Positions 22,301-31,749 of a stretch of 64,000 nucleotides of DNA are shown piece by piece. Position numbers and translations under genes: made by a program. The notes beneath the pieces were generated by a model. It was not told the DNA's origin. It saw nothing but the letters and a program-made list of their open reading frames with translations, and searched no databases. The DNA lies in IMG/VR virus record IMGVR_UViG_3300032284_001133, positions 1 to 64,000 of that record; one strand, written 5' to 3'. This DNA is from a virus. Numbering within the stretch: the stretch's first letter is position 1; the number at the start of each line of letters is the position of its first letter.

Positions 22301-22733
22301 CATTCCAGCCAACTGGTTGGTTAGCTAAATTAATACCACTAGCATCAATCACGTTATCTGTAGTTTTTATAGCAGTAATTTTAATCAGGCCCGATGCAGG
22401 ACTATTACGTGTTGCACTATAATTAATTAACTGTGCAAGTTGAATAACGCTGTCTTTGCGTTGTGCGGTCTCTAAAAAGTTTTCTCGAGCATTTAAATCA
22501 ATTCTAAAACTTAAATTTTGTGCAATGAAGGCAATTAATTCAATGAGGGCAACATATTCGCTAGAATCAACATAATCATTAAAATCTTCAGGATACTTTT
22601 GATTAAGATAGTTAATCATTGTTCTACGAATTGTTTCAAAATCGTAGCTGGTAAAGTCTGAGTTTTGGAAAGACTGATATATCTTAGTCCAATCTTCAGC
22701 GACAAGTAATTTTGAGTTGGTTGCTGGAATCAT
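19317..22733 (-). CDS. Baseplate wedge subunit, T4 gp6-like (1138 aa)
   Basis: DFTSYDFETIR, NARENFLETAQRKDSV..LA..INY, ESVDNIKKKAPQIYYTQNRMITGEDY motifs typical of gp6/baseplate J family; follows gp25-like gene. Confidence 0.9.
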   Translation of the reverse strand: MIPATNSKLLVAEDWTKIYQSFQNSDFTSYDFETIRRTMINYLNQKYPEDFNDYVDSSEYVALIELIAFIAQNLSFRIDLNARENFLETAQRKDSVIQLAQLINYSATRNSPASGLIKITAIKTTDNVIDASGINLANQPVGWNDPTNSNWYQQFISILNSAMPGNFTFGTPYARSTISNVPSEQYKINSANIDVPVYSFSRPIDGTTIAFEIVPSTFSGQTYIYENTPQPGSNFSYIYQNDGKGAGSNNTGFFVLLKQGDLRVTSFSISNPVTNEIVGVDAPDINDSDVWLWQMDSNNNYANLWTKVDSVTGNNVIYNSISNSNRNIYAVTSRTNDQIDLNFADGAFGNLPVGNFNLFYRQSNGLTYSITPDQMRGIQVQIPYYNKSGQSQTLSLTLSLQYTITNSTASESVDNIKKKAPQIYYTQNRMITGEDYNIAPLNAGTDILKVKSVNRTSSGISKFFDLSDVSGKYSSTNIFATDGALYKEYSQSNFEFSFTSNTDIYSVVTNQLADIVNSNSVKAFYYDNWPRPDVSDPGAVWIKVTSGTNQSTGYLADKTSYLGQPSKTVPVQVGYFSSNTLQYAYTGALVKILPPAGNYFLPNGNLTTTQDDTTVSYRWIQITNVVGDGANGGKGALTNGSGPIIVTGNVPTGCYFTEIIPEFGSILIPSIQTSIVNLCLANRNFGLSFSSTTRSWYIITDTNLDLVSPFSLLFQEDTTNSNLDASWVISFQWTGINYKVYYRSTQYIFESKQETAFFFDPTNVNYDFVTNTVIKDNISVLGINNAPNSTASLGEDYNWQIDSSVVEADGYIEPKKVKVSFYSNLVTGQIQDPDAFTIITNPTHVSAQTGYLDNFVYFQINSDGSTYLIVDTSITPIEAYPNETYIASPNTSTLYYLYDTDADVVTQYDPITYTYNIMPLYYARPGRTGLKFHYQHNSGDDRRLDPGKTNIMDVYILNASYDTAYRAWLAGGSGAEPMTPTSSSLEENYASVLEPIKAISDEIVYQPVTYKPLFGSAAESNLQATFKAVKNSAVTISDNEIKNSIITAINTFFSLDNWDFGQSFYFSELSTYVMNLLTPNITNFVIVPTADVAFGSLYEIACQSNEIFINAATVDNIQIISAITSTELKTTSTVITSV

Positions 22734-22789
22734 ACGTTATCTTAACCTAAGTAATAACGTATTTATGGCGAAAATAAAGTTGGTATATA

Positions 22790-23227
22790 TTAAGCAGACG
22801 CTAGTCCTACAGCAGAATCAAAATTAAATCTTAATGTTTGGCTAACATCTGTTCCATTAAGTAATAGAGTTACTTCGATTAAAAATCCTGCATCTGCCTG
22901 TACAATATTAATTTGTGTCGGGCTGGCTCTCAAATCAGCATTTAATATTGCATTTAGGTCATCAGTAATTTGTTGTTTGACTGCCGGTGTTAATGGCTCA
23001 TAAATTAAATCCCATATTATGGTACCAAAATTAGGATTCATAACACGCTCACCCCTGCGAGTATTAAACCTATTCAAGAGATCTTGTTTAATTAGATCAA
23101 AATCATACATCTTAACACTTTTTGTAGTAGTGTCTTGAGTATTGAACCCTACATAAAATTGATTAGTTTTATTAGTATGTTGGCTCGAATATTTTGTAGG
23201 AGTAACAGTGATGTTTTTATATGGCAT
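22790..23227 (-). CDS. Baseplate wedge subunit, gp25/GPW family (145 aa)
   Basis: DLIKQDLLNRFNTRRGERVMNPNFGTIIWDLIYEP is the gp25 signature. Confidence 0.92.
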   Translation of the reverse strand: MPYKNITVTPTKYSSQHTNKTNQFYVGFNTQDTTTKSVKMYDFDLIKQDLLNRFNTRRGERVMNPNFGTIIWDLIYEPLTPAVKQQITDDLNAILNADLRASPTQINIVQADAGFLIEVTLLLNGTDVSQTLRFNFDSAVGLASA

Positions 23228-23237
23228 AGTCTACTAT

Positions 23238-25652
23238 TTATTGAGTCGCTGAACCAGTCTTTACCGTATTACCTTGACTGTCTGTTAATGGTATTCCAGA
23301 TCCAGTAGTTACTGTTGTACCTTGTAACTGTGTTAAGAAGCATTGATAATAATCCATCTTTCTAGCATGAATGTCTGGGCTATTAACACCAACAGCGGCA
23401 ATTGCGGCATTTATGTAATTAGGATCATTTTGATTAGCATGGCAACGTGCTTTAAAATAAGCTACAGTTACTTCTGCACCTAAAGTGATATCATTAACTA
23501 GATCAGGGTTGTTGATTAAATCAAGGCCTGTGGCAGTTGCGTATTGCTGATAGTTTCCTCTACCTGTTAATTGAATGTATCCCCTACCATAGTATTTTCC
23601 GCCGTCTGCATCAGTTTGATTGCCTAAGAAATTTGCACCTCGGAAAGTAGGACCGTAGAAGAAAGAGAAGAAATCTTCTCTTGAACCAGTCCATCTAGCA
23701 TACTTGTTAATAACATCCTGCGACGCACTACGGAATATTTGTTGTAAACGTTCTGGAGTATAGTAATACAATTCTTTTTGTGGTACCCACATACTTTCTC
23801 CACCCGCAATACCAAGTATTGCGGCAACTGCATAAGGACTTGTAATTTTAGCTTTTTCACATGCGGCTTTAAGTGCGGCAATACCTGCCTGAGCATTAGG
23901 ATTGCTAATTGCTTGTTTAGCGGCGGTGCTACAAGTTCCTGGTATAGCACTCGATAAGTTTGCAGGAGGCGCAGTATTTCCAGAAGAAACAACATCAGGT
24001 CGACTTGCTGCCGCTGTGTCTGTGTTAGCAGGTGTAAATGCACTTGAATTAATATTTTCGTGTTGATCCCAAGGTTCATGCATAGGAACACGTTGCATAA
24101 TTGTAGTCATCGGACTAGCTTTATAGAAATTACCATTGCTCCATCCAGAATCTACACTTCTAACAGGAACGTTATATGTCGGTATAGGACTAGGTAAATC
24201 TGCTGTACTTGCAGGAGTAGCAGGAGTAGCAGGATCAGCGGCTGCGGCGGCCGGACCGTTTTGATGTATTTCACTTGCAGATGCTAGGTATAAACCAGCG
24301 GCACCAACATTAAAGTTGCCACCTGTGCTTTGTTTCATATCTCCTTCTGACGCTAAATTCATAGCACCAACTGACGATACACATATTTTTCCATTGGCAT
24401 CGACCTGTATGTCAGACGTTGCTGACTCATACAAACTTCCGCTAGTAGATATATGCATATCTGAGCCAGATGTTTGATACATGGTATCAGCCACCGCAAT
24501 GTGCATATCTGCACCGACAGTTATTCTATAATTGTTATTAACAGTAAAATGTAAGTCTTGTGCAAAATCTATTTTTCCTTCGTTGTATACAATCATATAA
24601 AAATGATCAAATACATTAATATCCATTGCTTGGTTAGATTTAATGTTGAAGTTTCTTCCCGACTCAATATTAATATCTCGATCAGCACGAATGTTTAAAT
24701 CATTTTCAGAATGTATACTTATAGAATCTTTTGCATATATATCTATCTTACCATTTGATGTAAGTTCAACCCATGCTGTTCCTTTACTATTAGCAATATA
24801 AATTAAATCTTGACTGTTATGTAACAATATTTGATGTCCAGTTCTTGTACGCAATCTAACAAGTTCATTTTGACCATCTTTGTCGCCATCGTCCATTACA
24901 AATGTTGTTCCGCCTAATCTACTTATAGGAACTTTTGTAGTTGCAGGATATCCTATTAACCCTTCTTTATAATTTGTATTAGTTGCAGAAGAATCAAGAT
25001 CAACTGGTCCAGGAGTACTTATACCAAAAACCATACTTGGTACTTCGCGTCTAGCACTACTTGATGTTACTCCACGAACTGTGTCTAATAGAAGACCTTG
25101 TGCTAGTAATCTATCTGCAAAAGGATGAACAGCTTTGGTAAAGTTGTTAATGGCCTGAGGAGTGGTCTGATCTCCTAATTTTTTTGTTTTCTTATTAAAT
25201 TCTGTTACTGGTAAATTTTTTGTACCGTACTTTGTTTCTTGGTCTTGAGACAACTCAACATTTTGACTTGCGGCCAATCCAGGAATTTCATAATTTTGAT
25301 ATTTGTCTGCAACACATCCAATCCAATAACCGGAATTAGGGTCTCCGTCTATAAAGATACACATAACTGTTGTACCAATATCAGGAGGTATTGCCCACCA
25401 CCCGTAAGACTTTTGAGCATCACCTGGCCTAGCAGAATCATTTCCTTCAAACGAAATATTCGTCGCTCCATAGAACGGACTTAGATACTGCACCGGAAAT
25501 GTTTCTTCTTGGAATTCTAAAGAATTTGTAACACCTCTCATTAAAGCCACTTCAATCCCGCCCATACGAGTAGGATCAAGGTGATTTGTTACTATTCCTA
25601 AGTAAGGTCCCGGATGTGGTAATTTACTTCTAATTCTTTTATATTCGCTCAT
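23238..25652 (-). CDS. Baseplate central spike, gp5/VgrG-like, with C-terminal GH19 glycoside hydrolase domain (804 aa)
   Basis: N-terminal OB-fold motifs (DPTRMG; PPDIGTTVMCIFIDGDPNSGYWIGC), beta-helix repeats, then YYGRGYIQLTGRGNY GH19 signature. Confidence 0.88.
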   Translation of the reverse strand: MSEYKRIRSKLPHPGPYLGIVTNHLDPTRMGGIEVALMRGVTNSLEFQEETFPVQYLSPFYGATNISFEGNDSARPGDAQKSYGWWAIPPDIGTTVMCIFIDGDPNSGYWIGCVADKYQNYEIPGLAASQNVELSQDQETKYGTKNLPVTEFNKKTKKLGDQTTPQAINNFTKAVHPFADRLLAQGLLLDTVRGVTSSSARREVPSMVFGISTPGPVDLDSSATNTNYKEGLIGYPATTKVPISRLGGTTFVMDDGDKDGQNELVRLRTRTGHQILLHNSQDLIYIANSKGTAWVELTSNGKIDIYAKDSISIHSENDLNIRADRDINIESGRNFNIKSNQAMDINVFDHFYMIVYNEGKIDFAQDLHFTVNNNYRITVGADMHIAVADTMYQTSGSDMHISTSGSLYESATSDIQVDANGKICVSSVGAMNLASEGDMKQSTGGNFNVGAAGLYLASASEIHQNGPAAAAADPATPATPASTADLPSPIPTYNVPVRSVDSGWSNGNFYKASPMTTIMQRVPMHEPWDQHENINSSAFTPANTDTAAASRPDVVSSGNTAPPANLSSAIPGTCSTAAKQAISNPNAQAGIAALKAACEKAKITSPYAVAAILGIAGGESMWVPQKELYYYTPERLQQIFRSASQDVINKYARWTGSREDFFSFFYGPTFRGANFLGNQTDADGGKYYGRGYIQLTGRGNYQQYATATGLDLINNPDLVNDITLGAEVTVAYFKARCHANQNDPNYINAAIAAVGVNSPDIHARKMDYYQCFLTQLQGTTVTTGSGIPLTDSQGNTVKTGSATQ

Positions 25653-25668
25653 ATTCTTCCATTAGTGG

Positions 25669-28600
25669 TTAACTAAAAAATGTTCCGCTTTTAACTCCGG
25701 CCAATGCTCTTGCTTTTGCATCTGCTAATGTTTGTTTTATTGCGGCAGTATCTAGGCCGCTAGTTAATCCGGTAGTGTCTAGCGAGGACCCAGGGCTTGT
25801 TAAATTATTTGATATACCGGCAAGAGCATTAGCCGGATTGGGTAGATTATTTAACGACCCGCCCATTAACGATTGTAAAGGACTGACTGCTGAGCTTAAA
25901 CTAGATGCGGCAATAGACGCAGGATCTAACGAACTCGCTACGCTTTGTTTAATAGAATTTAAATCAATATTTCCGCTAGAGTCATAAAAATTAGAAGTAT
26001 CAATTCCAGAAACACTAGCAAAAGAATCAAGTTTTGATTTAAGATCACTAGCTGATAAATTTTTCAATGCGGCCGCTTGAGATTTTAAATCATCAACATT
26101 TAAATTAGCAATTGATGTAGCCGCTTGTGCTGCCGCAGATGAAATTCCAGACATAGGATTTGTTAATATACTAGATTTTAAACCTGCTAAATTACCTGAT
26201 AATGCACCGCTAACATCCGATGCTGATGCAGTTAATGATGCTACCTGACCTACTAGATTACCTGGAGCAGTTGCGGCCGCGGTAGCTAATGATCCAAATT
26301 GTACGCCGACTGATTTTACCTGAGATGCTACTGAACTTAAATTTAAAGGTCCTTGTAAAGCACCGCTTAGAGCACCAGTTGCATTGCCAGCAAGACTTGA
26401 TAATTTACTCATTGCTCCTGATAAAGAAGAAGGTACCGCAGAATCTGCAGATGTAGTTACATCCGGTGTAGTGTCTCCGCCTTGTGCAGTTTTAATTTGA
26501 GCGGCAAGTGTGTTCACATACTCTGTAGGTCCCAAAGAATCTGCTAAATTTAAATCAGGAATAGGAGCAACTGTTTTTGGCATAGTTGCAGGCAAGTTTG
26601 CTATGGCATTACTTTTTAGTTTAGCCAATAATAATCCTGCAGAGGCCGAAGCAGTTAAATCAACTCCCGCAGGCAATTTTTTAGCTATATCTGCTACTTG
26701 ATTAACAATATTACTATCTAAACTGCCGCCTAATCCGGCCAACTGACTAGTATCTATTCCTAATTTAGCGGTTATTGCAGATGCATTTCCTGCCAGTGCG
26801 GCTGAAATTTTATCTTTTGCATTAGCTACATCAATAGACGATGCGGCTCCTAATATATTAGATGCTCCAGCAATACTACCTATATTGTTTATTGCGCCAG
26901 TTGCATTATTTAGAGCGCCTTGAACTGCCGCGGCTGAACCAATGGCATTATTAACAGCACCAGATGCAAAATTAGTTAAGCCCGCAGTTAGAGATAACCC
27001 ATTAGTAGCCAAACGCACACCCGAACTTATAGCACTAATAGCCGAACTTGCCGCTGGACTTACTAATGCAAAATTTGTTATTTGATTTACTTTGCTAATA
27101 GCATTAATACCTTGTTGTACAACACCACCAACTTGATTTAATAATCCGGACGCAGATCCGACTGCATTTGAAAAATTTGAAAGTACTCCAGGCAAACCTG
27201 CACTAGGTAAACCTCTTTTGACCATGTTAGTTAAACTTATTTCATTTGGTCTAGTGCCGGCCTGCACAACGTCATCAGGTGCTGTATCTTTAACAGGCTG
27301 ATCACCTGATTTAGGTTGTTCAATTAACGAATACGCTTTATCTGATGCACCTGCTTGTTGTCCAGCTAATCTTAACATCTTAAGATGAGATTTAAACATT
27401 CCATCTTTAAACGTATTAACCGATTGTATTACCCTATAAACACCGCTATAGTCTGCAATAGTGTCAAACTTCATAAGACCTGTTTGAGAACTAATATCTG
27501 AAGGATTTCTAAATGTAAAATTCACTAAGGCCTGCGCACCTTGCACATTTGCTTCTCCAGAATTAGTTATTGCTGGATCGCTTGCTGGCGGAATATAATT
27601 TCCAGCGCCTCCTGTTACTACATAATAAGGATCACCTAATATGTCTAATTCTGCTTTAATTTGATCAACACTTTTTAATATTGCTTCATGCGCGGCATTT
27701 TGTCCCATCCAATAGGGATCAGTCTTTTTTGTACCAGCACGTAAATTTTGACTGCTTGCACTTGAATCTTGTTGCATCACAGGAGGTGCAACTTTTTGAT
27801 CTGCCGGTGCTATTGCCGCACCTTTTGCTAATTGTGCTTTTTGATCACTCGAGGCGGCTGGAGTGTTGGCTGTTCCAGAATTATCTGTATTACCTGTGTT
27901 AGGATTTGCCTGTTGAAAATATAAAGTATTAAAATCTATTTTAAAACTTGTTATATCAAGATTTTTACCTGTATAGATATAATTATAATCTCTTTTGATC
28001 AAAGGTTTTAAACTTGCAGGGTCAAATTGTGTTAATGCCTGTCCAGGAAGTATACTATAGTGTACCTTGTAAGGAGTTACCACATATTGATAAACAGTAT
28101 TGTGTCTACCGGTAGATGAATTTAAATCTTTGGTTATGGTATTAATATGTACCTTAAAGTATTTTATCATACCTTGAGCATCTTTAGCTTTATCAACATC
28201 TACTAAAATATCTCTTAGGTATTCGCTATCTCTAATCACTGCCGCAATAATATCATGTATCTGAGCATCATTAGAAAACATAATTGCAACTTCTGAAGGA
28301 TTGTGTGCATCTTCTTCTTGCTTTTTTTGTTGTTGCGCGGCAATTTCTGCTTTTTGTGCATCTGTTAATCTGGGGTCACTTGCGGCGGCTTCAGCTGATC
28401 CTTGCCCTGCTCCTGCACTTTTTTTGTCCGATAAGTATCCTGTTCCTGGATTTGGAAATTTAAAAATATTATTGTCAGTTAGTATTTTATTAATTTTAGA
28501 CGATGCAATAGCATTTCGAGTAGCCTTAGTTTCATTTTTTAAAGTGGCAGGGGTAATTTCTTTACCGTCTTCTATATTAGGAAAATATATTTCATATGTG

Positions 28601-29493
28601 TCTATACTTTTTGCTTTTTCAGGATCCTGTTCATTTTGTGATTGTTTTTTTAATTTTGTATTCAGTCCTGTTATCATATTATCTAAAATTTCGCCAACAG
28701 TTGTTCCTGAAATTTGTATTTCTCCCACAAGGGTGTTTGGTTTAGAAAAACCTATTTCGTTAAAAGGTACTGCGGAACATGCATAGCGTGTGCCTGATTC
28801 AGTAACTGATACCTGCACTCCAGTTAACCTAATAGGAAAATATCGAGTAGCATTAGGAACTGATTCAGGTTTGTCACTAGGGCCTTGAGATTTATCTGAA
28901 TAACCTTTAAATTCTAATTTTAATAAAAATAATGCAGATAGATACGTTGGCCAGCCAGCGGCTCTAGATGAAACTCGTAAAGCTTCAATGAATCCATTCA
29001 TACTGTAGGGTTCAATAACATCAAATTTTATTTTGGTGGCCAACGCACTGCCTGTTTCTTTTGAAGGTGTCATTATTGTATCAATTTCAACATTGTCTAT
29101 AAACATGTCAAATCGACCAGGAGATAATGCATTAAATCCAGAAACTAAATCTTGGGCATATTGAGCTGTCTGCTCTGAAGCAGGAGGAATTGGATTACCG
29201 TCGCTATCTTTTGTTTCTGAACCAGGATTGTCTGTAGTAATTGCCGAAGCCGCAGACGCATTCATGCCGTTGGCTTTTCCTCCAGATTTAAGAATAATAA
29301 AGTCTGAAGAACTAGTTGGAAGAGAAGAAGGATCCTGTAATGCTGATGCTTTTAACGCCGCTAATGTAAAATTATAAGTAACTGACCTATAATTATATAA
29401 AACATTTTTGTTATTTGTACTAATTGTTGTTGCAGAAGGAGTCGTAGAAGAACTATTACCCGTATTGATAACATTGGTGTGTTGTACTGCCAT
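25669..29493 (-). CDS. Baseplate hub protein (gp27-like position) with long Ala/Ser-rich C-terminal extension (1274 aa)
   Basis: Between gp53-like and gp5-like genes; AELDILGDPYY and YSGVYRVIQSVNTFKDGMFKSHLKMLR resemble hub-protein C-terminal motifs, followed by a low-complexity tail. Confidence 0.65.
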   Translation of the reverse strand: MAVQHTNVINTGNSSSTTPSATTISTNNKNVLYNYRSVTYNFTLAALKASALQDPSSLPTSSSDFIILKSGGKANGMNASAASAITTDNPGSETKDSDGNPIPPASEQTAQYAQDLVSGFNALSPGRFDMFIDNVEIDTIMTPSKETGSALATKIKFDVIEPYSMNGFIEALRVSSRAAGWPTYLSALFLLKLEFKGYSDKSQGPSDKPESVPNATRYFPIRLTGVQVSVTESGTRYACSAVPFNEIGFSKPNTLVGEIQISGTTVGEILDNMITGLNTKLKKQSQNEQDPEKAKSIDTYEIYFPNIEDGKEITPATLKNETKATRNAIASSKINKILTDNNIFKFPNPGTGYLSDKKSAGAGQGSAEAAASDPRLTDAQKAEIAAQQQKKQEEDAHNPSEVAIMFSNDAQIHDIIAAVIRDSEYLRDILVDVDKAKDAQGMIKYFKVHINTITKDLNSSTGRHNTVYQYVVTPYKVHYSILPGQALTQFDPASLKPLIKRDYNYIYTGKNLDITSFKIDFNTLYFQQANPNTGNTDNSGTANTPAASSDQKAQLAKGAAIAPADQKVAPPVMQQDSSASSQNLRAGTKKTDPYWMGQNAAHEAILKSVDQIKAELDILGDPYYVVTGGAGNYIPPASDPAITNSGEANVQGAQALVNFTFRNPSDISSQTGLMKFDTIADYSGVYRVIQSVNTFKDGMFKSHLKMLRLAGQQAGASDKAYSLIEQPKSGDQPVKDTAPDDVVQAGTRPNEISLTNMVKRGLPSAGLPGVLSNFSNAVGSASGLLNQVGGVVQQGINAISKVNQITNFALVSPAASSAISAISSGVRLATNGLSLTAGLTNFASGAVNNAIGSAAAVQGALNNATGAINNIGSIAGASNILGAASSIDVANAKDKISAALAGNASAITAKLGIDTSQLAGLGGSLDSNIVNQVADIAKKLPAGVDLTASASAGLLLAKLKSNAIANLPATMPKTVAPIPDLNLADSLGPTEYVNTLAAQIKTAQGGDTTPDVTTSADSAVPSSLSGAMSKLSSLAGNATGALSGALQGPLNLSSVASQVKSVGVQFGSLATAAATAPGNLVGQVASLTASASDVSGALSGNLAGLKSSILTNPMSGISSAAAQAATSIANLNVDDLKSQAAALKNLSASDLKSKLDSFASVSGIDTSNFYDSSGNIDLNSIKQSVASSLDPASIAASSLSSAVSPLQSLMGGSLNNLPNPANALAGISNNLTSPGSSLDTTGLTSGLDTAAIKQTLADAKARALAGVKSGTFFS

Positions 29494-29494
29494 G

Positions 29495-29794
29495 TTATAT
29501 TCCTAACAATTTATTAAGTGTTGCCTGTTGTGGTAGATATATAGTAGTTCCTGCAACAAAATCATAAACAGAATCTACAATTACTTCAGGATTTCGAACA
29601 GCAAATACCCACCATAAATTAACATCTCCATATAGGTCAAATGCCAAAAGGTCTGGTCTATTATCATAAGTAGGAGTTATTGTCCACAGAATATCAAATG
29701 TATTTGCAGGAATATCTATAGGAGTCCAGGTACTAAGATATTGTCCTGTCACTGAAGTTTGAAAATAGGGACTTGTTTTAGAATAAACAGCCAT
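29495..29794 (-). CDS. Baseplate wedge protein, gp53/LysM-like (99 aa)
   Basis: RPDLLAFDLYGDVNLWWVFAVRNP...GTTIYLP signature. Confidence 0.88.
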   Translation of the reverse strand: MAVYSKTSPYFQTSVTGQYLSTWTPIDIPANTFDILWTITPTYDNRPDLLAFDLYGDVNLWWVFAVRNPEVIVDSVYDFVAGTTIYLPQQATLNKLLGI

Positions 29795-30693
29795 TATAGA
29801 TATCCTTTACCTTTTAAATTGCCTGCAAGCCATCCAGTAACATTAAAATCTTGTATTTCTTGTCTGCTGTACATTACATTTAACGTAACACTGATTGTAG
29901 AAATTGTAGGAACCATACTAAGACCAAATAAAGATTTATATTTTGCAGTACCTACAGAAATATAATCAACTCCGTCGGGCAATTCTATTTTAAATGAAGC
30001 AACTGATACAGGAACGTTAGCTAACATACTATCACCATAGGCATTTAATCTACAAACAGGAGGTGGACTACCTGCATTAGGATCTGAACCCCATAGCATC
30101 TTAGTTAAAGATCTTAATAAATGTACAATACCTAAATATATTGCCCCATCGTCCTCATTTTGATTTGAAAATTTGCCGCTTATTGTGATTGGACCTACCG
30201 AACTCTTTTGATAAAAATACACAGGATAATTTGAATGCATAGCCGCCTGTGCATTATACGATGCTTGGTTATCGTATGATATACTAGGAGTATAAGGGAA
30301 TAATATTCCTCCCATAGATTTTAATACCGATGTTGGACCGGGACCTAAATATGAACTAGGCACAATAATTTGTGTTCTCATATCTTTAGCTCCTGCCCAG
30401 CTTACAGTAGCTCCTGAATTACTAGGGCTAGCTCCTATTGAACGTGTATTAGGAGGAGTAGCTCCCGGAGGTAAATTAGAATTAGATCTACGATTATCTT
30501 GTGGTGAATCTGAGCTAGAAACTTTTCCGTCTGTATCTGTAGCTAATGTAGAACCGTCGTCAAATGTCTGTATAGTACTACCATCGTCAAATGTTTGAAT
30601 GCCAGGTGCTGGAGCATTAATTGTTGACTGATCAACATCTGTTGCTGTTGTGGCTCCTTCATTAACCGGAGATTCTTCTGTAATAGACGCCAT
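29794..30693 (-). CDS. Baseplate tail-tube initiator/cap-like protein (gp48/gp54-like, 299 aa)
   Basis: LFPYTPSI...ITISGKF...GSPPPVCRLNAYG...NVPVSVASF tube-fold motifs; first gene of the baseplate operon. Confidence 0.7.
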   Translation of the reverse strand: MASITEESPVNEGATTATDVDQSTINAPAPGIQTFDDGSTIQTFDDGSTLATDTDGKVSSSDSPQDNRRSNSNLPPGATPPNTRSIGASPSNSGATVSWAGAKDMRTQIIVPSSYLGPGPTSVLKSMGGILFPYTPSISYDNQASYNAQAAMHSNYPVYFYQKSSVGPITISGKFSNQNEDDGAIYLGIVHLLRSLTKMLWGSDPNAGSPPPVCRLNAYGDSMLANVPVSVASFKIELPDGVDYISVGTAKYKSLFGLSMVPTISTISVTLNVMYSRQEIQDFNVTGWLAGNLKGKGYL

Positions 30694-30714
30694 ATCGTTT
30701 TTATCCTTATAGCG

Positions 30715-30720
30715 TATTTA
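30715..30720 (-). promoter_or_regulatory. Late promoter motif TAAATA for the baseplate operon
   Basis: TAAATA 21 nt upstream of ATG 30693, with AAGGA SD between; the same hexamer recurs upstream of most structural genes. Confidence 0.7.
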
Positions 30721-30749
30721 ACCAGATAAATATGTATGCACTTAAATGG

Positions 30750-30778
30750 TTGACATGGTATAACTGCTCTGTTATACT
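30750..30778 (+). promoter_or_regulatory. Sigma70-type promoter of the late sigma factor gene
   Basis: TTGACA (30750-30755), 17-nt spacer, TATACT (30773-30778) with TG extended -10; AAGGAGG SD before ATG 30832. Confidence 0.85.
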
Positions 30779-30831
30779 TACTCGTAAAGGCTATTATTAG
30801 CCAAAAATAACTATAAGGAGGCCACGCTAAG

Positions 30832-31749
30832 ATGGCTACAGCACAAATAATATCCGCACCAGGTAGAAGAGTCCGCTACTTAAACAATAAAGACTTATTA
30901 GCAGAAATACATAAATCAAAAAATTCGTTTTCAAGTTTTACTAAAAAAGAATACGGACAACACGATATAATACTCCCTAATTTAGAAAAAGTAAACATCA
31001 GGACTGTTGCAGAAGCCAAACGCAATAGAGCTAAACGACTAGGATTAGAAATTTTCAATGCCGCTAGGGCCGCAGGTGATAAAAAAATTAAACTAGCAGA
31101 ATGTATTCCAGATTATAAAACCATTGCAAAAACAGATGTCGTTATTCGTATTATGACATTTGATCATATTCCTCTGGCACCAGGTCGTAAAAAGACTACT
31201 AAGACTACAGCAGACGCACATGATAAAGTTAATTTTCCACCATTTCAACATTGGAAATTTGACGAACACGATAATTTAATTTGCGTAGGCAAAAGTCACT
31301 GGAAAGGAACTGTAGAAAAGGGCTACTTTAGTAAGGATCATGGAAGAATTACAGAAGACCTAGGTAAAATGTATATTAAACTCAGCGAGCGATATGCACA
31401 GCGCAGTAACTGGCGCGGTTATACATATATTGATGAAATGAAAGGACAGGCTATTTTACAGTTAAGTCAAATTGGTCTGCAATTTGATGAATCAAAATCA
31501 GAAAATCCGTTTGCCTATTATACTGCCGCAGTAACTAATTCATTTACTCGCATACTTAATCTTGAAAAGAAAAATCAAAATATACGTGATGATATGCTAC
31601 AAGAAAACGGCCTAACACCAAGCATGACTAGACAACATAAAGAAGAATATGCAGAAGAAACTGCTCGACAGGCTGAAATATATAAAAATATGCGTATGCC
31701 TAAGAGCGAAGATATAAGTCCGGACGAAGAAGTTGGAACAGAGGCTTGA
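30832..31749 (+). CDS. Late-transcription sigma factor, T4 gp55-like (305 aa)
   Basis: YLNNKDLL N-terminus; SNWRGYTYIDEM and FDESKSENPFAYYT motifs of gp55; adjacent to gp47/gp46 as in T4-like phages. Confidence 0.88.
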   Translation: MATAQIISAPGRRVRYLNNKDLLAEIHKSKNSFSSFTKKEYGQHDIILPNLEKVNIRTVAEAKRNRAKRLGLEIFNAARAAGDKKIKLAECIPDYKTIAKTDVVIRIMTFDHIPLAPGRKKTTKTTADAHDKVNFPPFQHWKFDEHDNLICVGKSHWKGTVEKGYFSKDHGRITEDLGKMYIKLSERYAQRSNWRGYTYIDEMKGQAILQLSQIGLQFDESKSENPFAYYTAAVTNSFTRILNLEKKNQNIRDDMLQENGLTPSMTRQHKEEYAEETARQAEIYKNMRMPKSEDISPDEEVGTEA

